Part shown: in pieces, positions 24,060 through 33,933 of the stretch
Layout of the letters: each line of letters starts with the position of its first letter
Numbering within the stretch: the first letter of the stretch is position 1
Sequence record: OR228459.1
Direction: 5' to 3' (one strand)
Length of the DNA: 64,000 nucleotides
Notes under the pieces: generated by a model
Database searches by the model: none
The model's input: only the letters and a program-made list of their open reading frames with translations
What the model was told of the DNA's origin: nothing
Position numbers and translations under genes: made by a program

Positions 24060-25112
24060 ATGAAAACTCTAGCTGAAATTCGTGCTCAACTAAAAGCAGA
24101 CGCAGAACGCTCCGAAGCAATCAAGAATGGTACTTTCACAGGTAATCGTCAACCAGACGCATTCTTAGCTTTTTGGAACATTCCAGAGAACACACCACTA
24201 AACCTACGCTTCCTACCAGATGCAGATGAAAACAACCCATTCTTCTGGCGTGAGCGTGACATGATTACTCTTGAGTTCAACGGCGTTGTTGGTATGCATA
24301 CTGATAAAGTTCGTGTTCAAGTACCATGTAATGAAATGTGGGTTCCAAAGTCTTGCCCTGTACTAAACGAACTACGTAAGTGGTACGAAAGTGCAAAAGA
24401 AACTGGCAACGATGAACTAAAACAACTAGCTAGTAAATACTGGAAGAAAAAATCTTATCTACTACAGTGCTTCATTGCACCAGATTCAGTAGCAGTTAAA
24501 GATGATATGGCTCCAGAGAATCCAATTCGTCGCGTACTAGTCAATAAGGAAATTTTTGATAAAATCAAATCTATCCTAATGAATCCCGGTATCAAAGAAC
24601 TACCTACTCACTACGAAGAAGGTCGTGATTTTGGTGTCGTTAAGACTCGTAACGGCGGTGGTTTCAACAAATATGACATGTCTCAATTCTCCATGTCCGA
24701 ACGTCCACTAAATGCCGAAGAACGTGCTGCTATTGAAAAATACGGCCTATTCGACCTAGGTGAATTCATGCCTAAGCAACCAACACCAGAAGAGTTGCAA
24801 GCAATCGCTGAAATGTTCGAAGCATCAGTTGATGGCAAACCATATGACCCTGCACGTTGGGCTTTCGCTTACCGTCCAGCAGGTGTTCAAAAACCAAACG
24901 GTAACACTCCAGCTACCACCGCAGCAGTAACCCAAACAGTTACTACAGCTACGCTAACTCAGCCTCTAGTTGAAGCACAACAAGCACCTGTTACTCCAGC
25001 GGCACAACCAACCCAAACTGCTCCAGTAGTTAACACTACTCCAGCAGCAGCAACTAAACCAGCGGTATCTGCTTCTGATCTAGTAGCTCGTCTAAAAGGT
25101 GGCAACAAGTAA
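24060..25112 (+). CDS. gp32: Single-stranded DNA-binding protein
   Basis: LRFLPDADE, CPV...W, KKKSY, FDKI, YDMSQF core motifs; low-complexity C-terminal tail. Confidence 0.85.
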   Translation: MKTLAEIRAQLKADAERSEAIKNGTFTGNRQPDAFLAFWNIPENTPLNLRFLPDADENNPFFWRERDMITLEFNGVVGMHTDKVRVQVPCNEMWVPKSCPVLNELRKWYESAKETGNDELKQLASKYWKKKSYLLQCFIAPDSVAVKDDMAPENPIRRVLVNKEIFDKIKSILMNPGIKELPTHYEEGRDFGVVKTRNGGGFNKYDMSQFSMSERPLNAEERAAIEKYGLFDLGEFMPKQPTPEELQAIAEMFEASVDGKPYDPARWAFAYRPAGVQKPNGNTPATTAAVTQTVTTATLTQPLVEAQQAPVTPAAQPTQTAPVVNTTPAAATKPAVSASDLVARLKGGNK

Positions 25113-25120
25113 TTTTCATA

Positions 25121-25147
25121 GGGGCTAAGGATTGGCCCCATTTTATT
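25121..25147 (+). terminator. Intrinsic terminator
   Basis: GGGGCT-AAGGATT-GGCCCC followed by ATTTTATTT. Confidence 0.55.
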
Positions 25148-25161
25148 TCAAGGAGTGAAAT

Positions 25162-26283
25162 ATGAAACTATCGTCTGGTTTTTCTAATATTCTAAAAAAT
25201 AGTACTGCATCAGTTAAGAAGAATTCTGGTGTCAGCGTTGGATTCCATGATCCTGATACATGGGTAAGTACTGGTAACTTTGCATTGAACTATCGCATTA
25301 GCGGTGATTTCAACAAGGGTATTCCTCTTGGTAAAGTAACTATGTTTGCTGGTGAATCTGGTAGTGGTAAATCATTCATCGTAAGTGGTAATATTGCACG
25401 TGAAGCACAACAACAAGGTATCTTTGTTGTACTAATCGATTCTGAGAACGCTCTAGATTCTGATTGGCTACATGCTCTAGGTGTAGATACTTCTGAAGAC
25501 AAACTTCTAAAAATGAACATGGGTATGATTGGTGATGTTGCTAAATTTACTTATGAGTTCATTGAAGGTTATCGTAAGGAATATGAAAACGTACCACGTG
25601 AAGAACGTATGAAAGTACTATTCATCATTGACTCAATCGGTATGCTTAATACTGAAATCGCAAATGACCAGATGAAAGCTGGTACAATGAAAGGCGATAT
25701 GGGTCACAAACCAAAACAACTTAAAGCGTATATTACAAACTGCGTAAACTCTCTAGGCTCACTAAACATTGGTATGGTTTGTGTAAACCACAGTTATGAG
25801 TCACAAGATATGTTTAACCCTGATCCAAAAATCAGTGGTGGTAGTGGTCTTGTTTATGCTTCATCTATCGTAGTAGCTATGGGTAAACTAAAGCTAAAAG
25901 AAGACGAAGATGGCAACAAAACTTCTGACGTAAGCGGTATTCGTTCTAAGTGTAAAGTAATGAAAACTCGTTATAACAAACCTTTCGAAGATGTAGAGAT
26001 TAAAATCCCTTATGAAAGAGGTATGAACCCACGTAGCGGTCTACTTGATATGTTTGAAAAATATGGGTTAGTTACTAAATCTGGTAACCGTCTACTATAT
26101 GTAGATATTGATACTGGCGAGCAAATTCTTCAATATGCAAAAGCATGGCGAGCTAATGAAAACAGTTGTTTAGATCTAGTCATGAATCAGTTTAATCGTC
26201 ACCCTCTAATCAGTCCACTAACTGAAGAAGAAAAAGGTGATGAAGAATTCGGTACTGATATCGAAGGAACTGAAGGAGAATAA
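25162..26283 (+). CDS. uvsX: RecA-like recombinase
   Basis: GESGSGKS Walker A, IDSENA, IIDSIG Walker B, NHSY, ISGG. Confidence 0.93.
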   Translation: MKLSSGFSNILKNSTASVKKNSGVSVGFHDPDTWVSTGNFALNYRISGDFNKGIPLGKVTMFAGESGSGKSFIVSGNIAREAQQQGIFVVLIDSENALDSDWLHALGVDTSEDKLLKMNMGMIGDVAKFTYEFIEGYRKEYENVPREERMKVLFIIDSIGMLNTEIANDQMKAGTMKGDMGHKPKQLKAYITNCVNSLGSLNIGMVCVNHSYESQDMFNPDPKISGGSGLVYASSIVVAMGKLKLKEDEDGNKTSDVSGIRSKCKVMKTRYNKPFEDVEIKIPYERGMNPRSGLLDMFEKYGLVTKSGNRLLYVDIDTGEQILQYAKAWRANENSCLDLVMNQFNRHPLISPLTEEEKGDEEFGTDIEGTEGE

Positions 26284-26285
26284 TA

Positions 26286-26747
26286 ATGCGGCCTTGGCAT
26301 TGGGTTATCAAAGATGACAAAACCAAGATTGTTGATATGATTGAGTACTATGATGGTGAGCTTGAAGAGGCTCGCCGTGAAGTAAAACAAATCGGTGTTA
26401 TTGAGAAGTTAGCCCAGCAATTACCAGCTTGGCACGAAACCCGATTCAGTCAGTTACAACAACTAGAAGCTGTACTTGAAGTATTGGAAATTGAAATGAA
26501 ACAGTTGGAAGGTGAAAAGTTCAAGCATTTTCTTGAACATTATAAACGCCAATTATCTAGCTCGGACTGTAAACGCTATGTTGAAGGTGATAAAGAAGTT
26601 GCAGAATTAGCAGAGCTTATTAACGAAGTAGCATATATTCGTAACCAGTACACAAGTATTGTAAAGTCATTAGAAATGAAAGCGTTCCAGTTAAACAACA
26701 TTGTTAAACTACGGTGTGCTGGTATAGAAGACAGTCGTTTAGATTGA
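26286..26747 (+). CDS. uvsY: Recombination mediator
   Basis: Helical 153 aa following uvsX; C-terminal KAFQLNNIVKLRCAG as in UvsY. Confidence 0.75.
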   Translation: MRPWHWVIKDDKTKIVDMIEYYDGELEEARREVKQIGVIEKLAQQLPAWHETRFSQLQQLEAVLEVLEIEMKQLEGEKFKHFLEHYKRQLSSSDCKRYVEGDKEVAELAELINEVAYIRNQYTSIVKSLEMKAFQLNNIVKLRCAGIEDSRLD

Positions 26748-26762
26748 AAAAGAGTAAATATT

Positions 26763-26789
26763 AGGACAGTTTATAAACTGTCCTTTTTT
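26763..26789 (+). terminator. Intrinsic terminator
   Basis: AGGACAGTTT-AT-AAACTGTCCT followed by a T run. Confidence 0.7.
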
Positions 26790-26806
26790 ATTACATGGAA
26801 TAATAT

Positions 26807-27760
26807 ATGCCTAAACGAAAAACACACGAAGAATTCTTACAAGAAAGTATTGCCATTTATGGTGATCAATTCCAATACTGTTCAATATACAAAAACACGG
26901 ATACACCAATGGATTTTATATGTAAATTTCATGGTGAATTTTCACAAATTCCAAAAATACACTTACGTGGTAATGGTTGTCCAAAATGTACTGGTAATGT
27001 TAAACTAACAACAAACGAGTTTATACGGATATCGAATATGATTCATGGTTGTGAATATGACTATACAAAAACTCAATATAGAAACCGAGATACTGATGTA
27101 GTTATAACATGTTCAAAACATGGGGATTTTAATATGAATCCACGTGTACATATGAACGGTGGAAAATGCACACTTTGTACTGGACGTAAAAAATTAACAA
27201 CTGAATCCTTTATTGAAAAATCCAAACAAATTCATGGTGATGGTGTATATTCATATGATAAAGTTGTATATGGTAAAAACAATAAAGAAAAAGTTGAGAT
27301 TATTTGTAATAAGCATGGTTCGTTTTTACAACGACCTAATGATCACTTATCTGGTAAGGGTTGTAAACGATGCTCCGATGAATCGGTTGTATCTAAGGCA
27401 GTATCAGAAATTACCAATTGGTTAACTGAAAATGATATTGTTCATGTTCGTGAATATATATTTGACAACTGTTCTAATATTAATAAGTTGAGATTTGATT
27501 TTTATATACCTCATTTGAATATGTGCATTGAATATGATGGAATACAACATTTCAAATCATTTGAACATTGGGGTGGTGATGAAAAATTAAAACAAATACA
27601 AATAAATGATGAAATAAAAAATTTATACTGCATTGATAATGGTATACAACTTGTGCGTATTAAGTACACGCAAAACCATATAAAATGCATTGAAAAGGTA
27701 ATAAAAAAATATGATCAAGATGGAAGAATTTCTACAGAAAGTGGTTGTAAACGATACTGA
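26807..27760 (+). mobile_element. Free-standing homing endonuclease-like gene (DUF723-like Zn repeats plus Vsr/PD-(D/E)XK-like nuclease)
   Basis: Three C.KHG.F......H..G.GC.KC repeats; C-terminal RFDFYIP...CIEYDGIQH. Confidence 0.75.
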
Positions 27761-28529
27761 GACTACTGGTGTGGATGAAGATGATGATATTATTGAATTC
27801 AGTGCTTCGTTTCCAATGTCAGCACAGGATGGGATTGATGATATTATTAACTACACAAATCGTTATAAACCACTAAAACCAGTACCAGCAATTGCATCTT
27901 CAGTACATTTCATTACTGACGACGATCTTGTAGATTGTGGTAGTTACAAAGATGATATTGAAAATATTGACGCACTCTTTACTTCACGTGAATTCTATGT
28001 GGGTCATAACGTTGATTTTGACCGTGATATGTATATTCAGAATCACCGCAAAAGTACTGGTATCGTACCAGAATATATGATCGACAATACTAAGTGGATT
28101 TGCACCTTACGTTTAGCAAAAAAACTTTTTGCCGAAGATATGGAATATGAAAACTTTAAACTAAGTTATCTATGGTTCAAGTATGGTTTGAATAAAACAG
28201 TTGATCGTCCAATCAATGCTCACGCAGCAAAGGATGACGTGTACATGTGCTTCAAAGTACTCGTCAAGCTAGTTGAGATTTGTATTGAACGTGGTGTAAT
28301 TGATCCAAACCAAGATATTGGTGAACAAATTATTGCATTCTGCAATAAACCTTATCGTTATCAGATTATGCCTATTGGTAAACACAAAGGAGAAAAAATG
28401 AAAGATGTTCCCTTGAACTACTTGAACTGGATGATAACTAATAGTGACATTCTAAATGCTGATTTGCCTAACTACGATGTAGACTTGGCTTACACTATCG
28501 AATGTGAGTATTCAGAAAGAACCAATTGA
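27711..28529 (+). CDS. DEDDh 3'-5' exonuclease (ExoX/epsilon-like) with C-terminal MPIGKHKG domain
   Basis: NDTETTG, VGHNVDFD, NAHAAKDD; MPIGKHKG...DVPLNYLNW. Confidence 0.85.
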   Translation: MIKMEEFLQKVVVNDTETTGVDEDDDIIEFSASFPMSAQDGIDDIINYTNRYKPLKPVPAIASSVHFITDDDLVDCGSYKDDIENIDALFTSREFYVGHNVDFDRDMYIQNHRKSTGIVPEYMIDNTKWICTLRLAKKLFAEDMEYENFKLSYLWFKYGLNKTVDRPINAHAAKDDVYMCFKVLVKLVEICIERGVIDPNQDIGEQIIAFCNKPYRYQIMPIGKHKGEKMKDVPLNYLNWMITNSDILNADLPNYDVDLAYTIECEYSERTN

Positions 28530-28546
28530 TTTAAAAGGACTCAAGG

Positions 28547-30031
28547 ATGAGTGGAGTTTGTAGACTTATACTTCAGGATGAAGTAAACTGTAAATTCGAG
28601 GGGCTTGACCCCTCAATTAGAAACAAAATGATTAGTGAAGTTTCTTACGTACTTCCTTACGCTCGATATACTCCTGCTGGACGTATGGGCCGCTGGGACG
28701 GTAAAGTAAACTTCATGAATATGGGCGGTAGTACTTATTATCATATGTTAGATAAATTACTACCCATCTTGGATAAACATAATGTGTTGATTGATGTTAT
28801 TGATGAACGCATTACATATGATTTTGATTTTGACCCAATCGATGAAAATCTTTTCGATTATGTTGAATTTCCAGTGGGACACCACATGGAAGGTAAAAAA
28901 ATCATTCTACGTGAGCACCAAGTAAATGCGGTTAATGCATGTTTGAAAAACCAACATGGATTACTACTTGCAAGTACGAGTTCAGGTAAAACTCTAATCA
29001 CTGCGGCACTATCTAAATGTGTAGAGAAATATGGTCGTAGTATTATCATCGTACCAAGTACTGATCTAGTACAGCAAACATATAATGACTACGCTATGGT
29101 TGGATTAGATGCTGGTGTATTTTATGGTGATAAAAAAGAACTAGGACATACCCATACTATTACGACTTGGCAATCCCTAAACTCTTTGTGGAAAAAAACA
29201 AAGAAAGATGAGATTCCAATGACTGAGCAGGACATTCACGACTTCATTGATGGTGTGGTGTGTGTTATGGTTGATGAGGCCCATACAAGTGCTGCTGATG
29301 CACTACAGGCTGTTTTAGGACAGGTAATGTGTCGTATTCCATTACGTTGGGGTTTAACTGGTACAATCCCAAAAGATCCAGTTCTAGCAGCGAAAATCAA
29401 GTGCAATGTCGGTGACATAATATATACGATCACTGCGAAAGAATTACAAGACAAGAATATCTTGAGTACTTGTAATGTGAACTGTATCAAATTGAAAAGT
29501 TCATTGAAGTTTGCAACCTATCCAGAAGAAATGAAGTTCTTAGTAACTGACCGGGATAGGATGAAGTACATTGCCACATTGATTGCAGCTATTGCAGAGA
29601 GTGGAAATACATTAGTGTTAGTTGACAGGTTGGAAGCTGGTGAATTACTTTGTGAGTACTTAGGAATTCCCAAATCTGAATTTGTTCGTGGTAATACGAA
29701 GAAGAAAGACCGTGAAGCCTCTTATGGTGAAATCCGTTGGGCTGATAACAAAATTCTAATTGCTACATACGGTGTTGCAAGTACTGGTATTAGTATCAGT
29801 CGCTTGTATAACGTTGTATTGATTGAACCGGGTAAATCATTCGTTCGTACAATTCAGAGTATTGGGCGTGGACTACGCCGAGCAGAAGACAAAGATCACG
29901 TTGAAATATATGATATTTCGGGTTCGAACAAATATTCAGCAAAACACTCAAGGGAGAGAATCGCATACTACAAAGAGGTGGAATATCCTTATAATCAGGT
30001 AGTTGTTGAAGATTGGCAAAACTTGGGATGA
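28547..30031 (+). CDS. uvsW: SF2 DNA helicase
   Basis: LREHQ, STSSGKT, VDEAH, GLTGT, QSIGRGLR. Confidence 0.92.
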   Translation: MSGVCRLILQDEVNCKFEGLDPSIRNKMISEVSYVLPYARYTPAGRMGRWDGKVNFMNMGGSTYYHMLDKLLPILDKHNVLIDVIDERITYDFDFDPIDENLFDYVEFPVGHHMEGKKIILREHQVNAVNACLKNQHGLLLASTSSGKTLITAALSKCVEKYGRSIIIVPSTDLVQQTYNDYAMVGLDAGVFYGDKKELGHTHTITTWQSLNSLWKKTKKDEIPMTEQDIHDFIDGVVCVMVDEAHTSAADALQAVLGQVMCRIPLRWGLTGTIPKDPVLAAKIKCNVGDIIYTITAKELQDKNILSTCNVNCIKLKSSLKFATYPEEMKFLVTDRDRMKYIATLIAAIAESGNTLVLVDRLEAGELLCEYLGIPKSEFVRGNTKKKDREASYGEIRWADNKILIATYGVASTGISISRLYNVVLIEPGKSFVRTIQSIGRGLRRAEDKDHVEIYDISGSNKYSAKHSRERIAYYKEVEYPYNQVVVEDWQNLG

Positions 30032-30054
30032 AACCGAAAAAAATGTGATATAAT
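30023..30054 (+). promoter_or_regulatory. Phage-specific promoter (copy 6)
   Basis: TTGGGATGAAACCGAAAAAAATGTGATATAAT. Confidence 0.7.
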
Positions 30055-30086
30055 ATAACTGTAACTAACAAAAGGAATAAAGAAAA

Positions 30087-30521
30087 ATGGAACTTCGATC
30101 TTGTATCGCTTTTATTGGTGATCATGCAACGCTTGAAAAGATCGATTCCTTGATTAACGAGGAATCTTTGATTGACGACATGGTATTTTCTGTAGATTTT
30201 ATTGCAGAGCTTGAAACTAACGATACTTATGTTTACCGTTGCTATTCTGATAGCGATTCATGGATTAATATCTATGAAATCCAAAATAGATTTACTGAAA
30301 TTCTTGGTAAATCAAAATATGACATAATTTATGCTAGTACTGATTCTAAGACATTTGTAGACGTAGTGAGTATTTCTGGAAATTTTGATGCTTACATTGA
30401 CACAGACACCGATAAGATTCAGGAAGTATGTGATACGTATGGGTTGGAGTTCTTTGGGTCTGATGAGGAAGATGATTATCAGATTGACGATTACTACAAC
30501 GACGACGATGATTACTACTAA
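30087..30521 (+). CDS. Hypothetical acidic protein
   Basis: AAGGA RBS, downstream of promoter copy 6. Confidence 0.6.
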   Translation: MELRSCIAFIGDHATLEKIDSLINEESLIDDMVFSVDFIAELETNDTYVYRCYSDSDSWINIYEIQNRFTEILGKSKYDIIYASTDSKTFVDVVSISGNFDAYIDTDTDKIQEVCDTYGLEFFGSDEEDDYQIDDYYNDDDDYY

Positions 30522-30531
30522 GGAGGGAATC

Positions 30532-31029
30532 ATGCAAATTTTAACTCCAGAAAACTATGCATATGAAATGGATTTGGTGTCCGATGAGATACCAGAAGAA
30601 ATGTATTGTGTACTAGATTTGAGTGATCACGGTGATTCTGATTTTTACTTCAGACCAATCAACCATACAGTATCATTCAATAGTTTGAGTGCTGATTTAC
30701 AAATTGGTGATAAAGTTATTCAAGTACCCCTAGGTTGGCAAATACTTCTAGGTGATGAGGATACTGGAATGGCTGAGATGTGTACTATTGAAAATCTTTT
30801 GAATATGAAAGAACCACAAGCATATGTATACAATCCAATACGTTCTATGTATCCTAGATACGAAGACGTAAAAGTACTAAGAGTATTCACACTAACTACT
30901 AAGTGGCAGATGCCGATGGTTCAACGCAAGAATTTACTTGCAGTACCATTGACAAAAGGGTATAATCCCAAATGCGTCTTTTTTGCCGACGAAAACGAAA
31001 AAATACCTGATTTATATTTGGGAGCTTGA
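30532..31029 (+). CDS. Hypothetical beta-rich protein
   Basis: AGGAGG RBS, ATG at 30532 (MQILTPEN); the listed ORF start at 30385 overlaps the preceding gene. Confidence 0.65.
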   Translation: MQILTPENYAYEMDLVSDEIPEEMYCVLDLSDHGDSDFYFRPINHTVSFNSLSADLQIGDKVIQVPLGWQILLGDEDTGMAEMCTIENLLNMKEPQAYVYNPIRSMYPRYEDVKVLRVFTLTTKWQMPMVQRKNLLAVPLTKGYNPKCVFFADENEKIPDLYLGA

Positions 31030-31877
31030 TAATGTTTGATTTCAGTAATACAAAAGAATCTACTCCAGTAGAAGACTATGAGGTTGAAAAGAAAGTAGAT
31101 CTTGATATGAACCTTCTACTTGAGAAGATTGACACTGCACAGTACGAGTATTTTGAAACACTAAGTGATAATGAAAAGAAAAGTTTTCAACCTTATGTGA
31201 TTCAGCGTTGGATTAGTTCACTTGATGATTCTATGCAAGTAACATACTCAGCTAAAAGTGTTGAAGCTATATTTGGTAAATGGGCTAAAGGTGGCAAAGA
31301 CGCACTAAATGAATTACGTACTGAATTTATCAATAACGGTATTGAATGTATTGGTGTTGCAAAATATCAACACGCACAATATGACTGGCGTATAAAATTT
31401 GCAGTGAAGAACAAAGCAGCAGCCGAGAAACTTATTCAGGCTATGCAAGAGTTCAGTATTACTGGATATGAAATTGTATCATTGGTTGACAGTACTACTT
31501 ACAAACATCTTCTAATTATGTTGAATGACATGGTTAACGAAGGTATGTGGGAAATGCAGAATACACCAGATTTAGTTTACCAACTTCTATGTTCTGTATC
31601 TTCTATTGTAGGTGGACGCAAACAAGCACACACTTGGTTGCCTTTCCCTAAAGGCTTAAAGAATGTAAATAAAAACTTATTTGAACTCATCAAGAAAACA
31701 CAGCCAATGTTAACGGCAGCACAACTTTCCGAAGTTGAGTACAAAATTCTTTTATTGGGTTATGATAAGAAATCATTTGAGGCACTTCTTGAGGACTTTG
31801 GTTTTCAAGATAGTGATAAGAAAGACTATCTAAAACAATTCAAGGCAGAGTGTGAGAAATATGGCAAAACTAGCTAA
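31026..31877 (+). CDS. Possible clamp-loader small subunit (gp62-like) with insertion
   Basis: FQPYVIQRWISS resembles the gp62 YSPYIINR motif; later LVYQLLCSV and WL segments. Confidence 0.4.
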   Translation: MIMFDFSNTKESTPVEDYEVEKKVDLDMNLLLEKIDTAQYEYFETLSDNEKKSFQPYVIQRWISSLDDSMQVTYSAKSVEAIFGKWAKGGKDALNELRTEFINNGIECIGVAKYQHAQYDWRIKFAVKNKAAAEKLIQAMQEFSITGYEIVSLVDSTTYKHLLIMLNDMVNEGMWEMQNTPDLVYQLLCSVSSIVGGRKQAHTWLPFPKGLKNVNKNLFELIKKTQPMLTAAQLSEVEYKILLLGYDKKSFEALLEDFGFQDSDKKDYLKQFKAECEKYGKTS

Positions 31878-32571
31878 AAAAGCACCCACGTATAAATGTG
31901 GGTTTTGCAATAAAGAGTTTAAAAGAGAAGAAACAGTTTTAACACATAAATGTGAAAAACGTGAAAGATATAATAATCGTGACTCCCGCCAGATGCGGGA
32001 GGCATTTCGTATCTATATGCTGTTCATGAACAAACATAAACTAAGTATGGGTAAGAATGAAGAACCATTAATGCACTTTATTAAATCAAAGTACTTTAAT
32101 GATTTTTATAAATTTGCTGATTATATACTATCTAATGATATTTTGAACAAAGAGCAATTTGTTGAAACTATTATGACTAGTGGTAAACCAGTATATGAAT
32201 GGATGACTCATAAAACACTAGAAGAATGGGTTATTAAATGTATTCGTGAAGAACATCCACGTAGAGCAATAGAGAGATCTATTCCAGCATTAGTTGAATG
32301 GGCTGAAATTGTTGATAGTGATTGGACGAACTTCTTTCGTGAAGTAAGTTCAGTACGTGCTATTCAATGGTTTGAATGTGGTAAAATATCACCGTGGCTC
32401 ATCTACATTGCCCCCACTGCATCCGGTAATGCCCTCTTCTCCAGATTATCGACTTCTGAATTAGAATATCTAATTCGGTTCATCGATCCTACTTTTTATC
32501 AAATGAAACAAATAAAATACAAAGAAGATTGTGATTATATCAGGCAACTTCTTATTGAGGCTGGATTATGA
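31861..32571 (+). CDS. Zinc-finger-containing hypothetical protein
   Basis: N-terminal YKCGFCNKEFKREETVLTHKC. Confidence 0.65.
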   Translation: MAKLAKKAPTYKCGFCNKEFKREETVLTHKCEKRERYNNRDSRQMREAFRIYMLFMNKHKLSMGKNEEPLMHFIKSKYFNDFYKFADYILSNDILNKEQFVETIMTSGKPVYEWMTHKTLEEWVIKCIREEHPRRAIERSIPALVEWAEIVDSDWTNFFREVSSVRAIQWFECGKISPWLIYIAPTASGNALFSRLSTSELEYLIRFIDPTFYQMKQIKYKEDCDYIRQLLIEAGL

Positions 32572-32924
32572 GTAATATATATAAAGGGCAGGATAACCCT
32601 AAACCTACAATCTATAACACAAAAGTAAATGAAACAGAAAGTCCAAAGAAAAGTACAACATCGCCGCAGATTAAACTTCTTCGCGAAGCACACGTTACCG
32701 AAATCACACTTGGAGACCAAACACTCAGAGTAATGGATGCTGGTCATATTCAGGGTGTTATTAATATGATTGAGAAACATCATAGTAGTATTGAGCAATT
32801 AAACAAAACTGTTAATAACTTGAATAGGACTATCCGCACGTTGAATGGTCAAATACAAGACATGAATCGTGAAATTGATCAACTAAAAGGGATATTGAAA
32901 ATAAATGGAAACAACTACTTATAA
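32568..32924 (+). CDS. Coiled-coil hypothetical protein
   Basis: C-terminal heptad repeat (IEQLNKTVNNLNRTIRTLNGQI). Confidence 0.6.
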   Translation: MSNIYKGQDNPKPTIYNTKVNETESPKKSTTSPQIKLLREAHVTEITLGDQTLRVMDAGHIQGVINMIEKHHSSIEQLNKTVNNLNRTIRTLNGQIQDMNREIDQLKGILKINGNNYL

Positions 32925-33537
32925 GAAAGCTAGAACTGACGTTGATATAGACGTTCGCAATTCCAAAGAAGTAATTGAACAATTACCATGTGTGAGAAGT
33001 GTTGAAATCATTAATGAAGATGGTTTTCTAGTACATAAGAGTGGGATTCATTTTGATAACATACCAGTAGACCCTATTACTGGATATGCGAGCATACCAT
33101 ATAAAGAAGCCGAAAGATTAGGATATCAAAAGGTTGATATACTGTCTCAATCGGCTTATATGTATGTTCGTGATCGTGAACATTTAAAAGAATTAATGGC
33201 ACGTGAGCCAGATTGGTCATTATTATTAGTTCCAGAAATTGTTGAACAATTATCTCAGATTAAAAAACATATTTCATTATTACAAATATGGAAACCAAGT
33301 TCTGTTGACGAATTAGCTATGTTTATTGCTATGATTCGTCCGGGCAAACGCCAATGTCAGAGCATGAATAGTTGGGATGAAGTTAGGGCTACGATTTGGG
33401 ATTATAGTACAATAGGGCTTGACGGGGAAGGTAAGAAACAACGTTATTTCAAAAAACCACATGCTTATGCATACAGTCTAATGATTGTTGTGCAATTAAA
33501 TGCTTTAGTTGAGCATCTTATGTCTTCCTCTTCTTGA
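32905..33537 (+). CDS. Minimal DnaE (Pol III alpha)-like nucleotidyltransferase core
   Basis: TDVDIDV, HKSGIHF, LGYQKVDILS, LAMFIAMIRPG, FKKPHAYAY match DnaE palm and finger motifs in order. Confidence 0.8.
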   Translation: METTTYKKARTDVDIDVRNSKEVIEQLPCVRSVEIINEDGFLVHKSGIHFDNIPVDPITGYASIPYKEAERLGYQKVDILSQSAYMYVRDREHLKELMAREPDWSLLLVPEIVEQLSQIKKHISLLQIWKPSSVDELAMFIAMIRPGKRQCQSMNSWDEVRATIWDYSTIGLDGEGKKQRYFKKPHAYAYSLMIVVQLNALVEHLMSSSS

Positions 33538-33871
33538 GGGTAATATTTCTTCGTTTGATTCGTTTAGTTGGCAAATCACTAAGTGATATTGCCGGGCCTG
33601 ATATAAAGGTGACACTATCGGTATTAAAACGTTGAGTATAATTTTCGTAAGTCTCCATCTCTTCTTGCATAAAGAGGCAGATGGGGATTGACCGATTGCT
33701 TTGCCACCACCAAGTATCAGCTAGATCTAGCAGATCTTTTTGATGGGATTCTTCCATTAGATGGAAACAGTATAAAGTTGTATATTGTTTACTCTTAATC
33801 TTTATAATCCCATAATAGATATTCCCGTCATGTTCCAGTACTGTAACATACGGTGGGTAAGTTTTACACAT
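33518..33871 (-). CDS. Hypothetical protein (WWWQSNRSIPI motif)
   Basis: GGAG RBS, ATG at 33871; TATAAATA on the minus strand at 33922-33915. Confidence 0.65.
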   Translation of the reverse strand: MCKTYPPYVTVLEHDGNIYYGIIKIKSKQYTTLYCFHLMEESHQKDLLDLADTWWWQSNRSIPICLFMQEEMETYENYTQRFNTDSVTFISGPAISLSDLPTKRIKRRNITLKKRKT

Positions 33872-33933
33872 TAATAGGACTCCCATAAATATTATATAGT
33901 TTAAAAGTACATAGTATTTATAGAGGTAAACTA

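Noticed and set aside
30385-30531. Upstream extension of ORF 30385-31029
   Set aside because: Overlaps the preceding gene; the AGGAGG RBS points to the ATG at 30532
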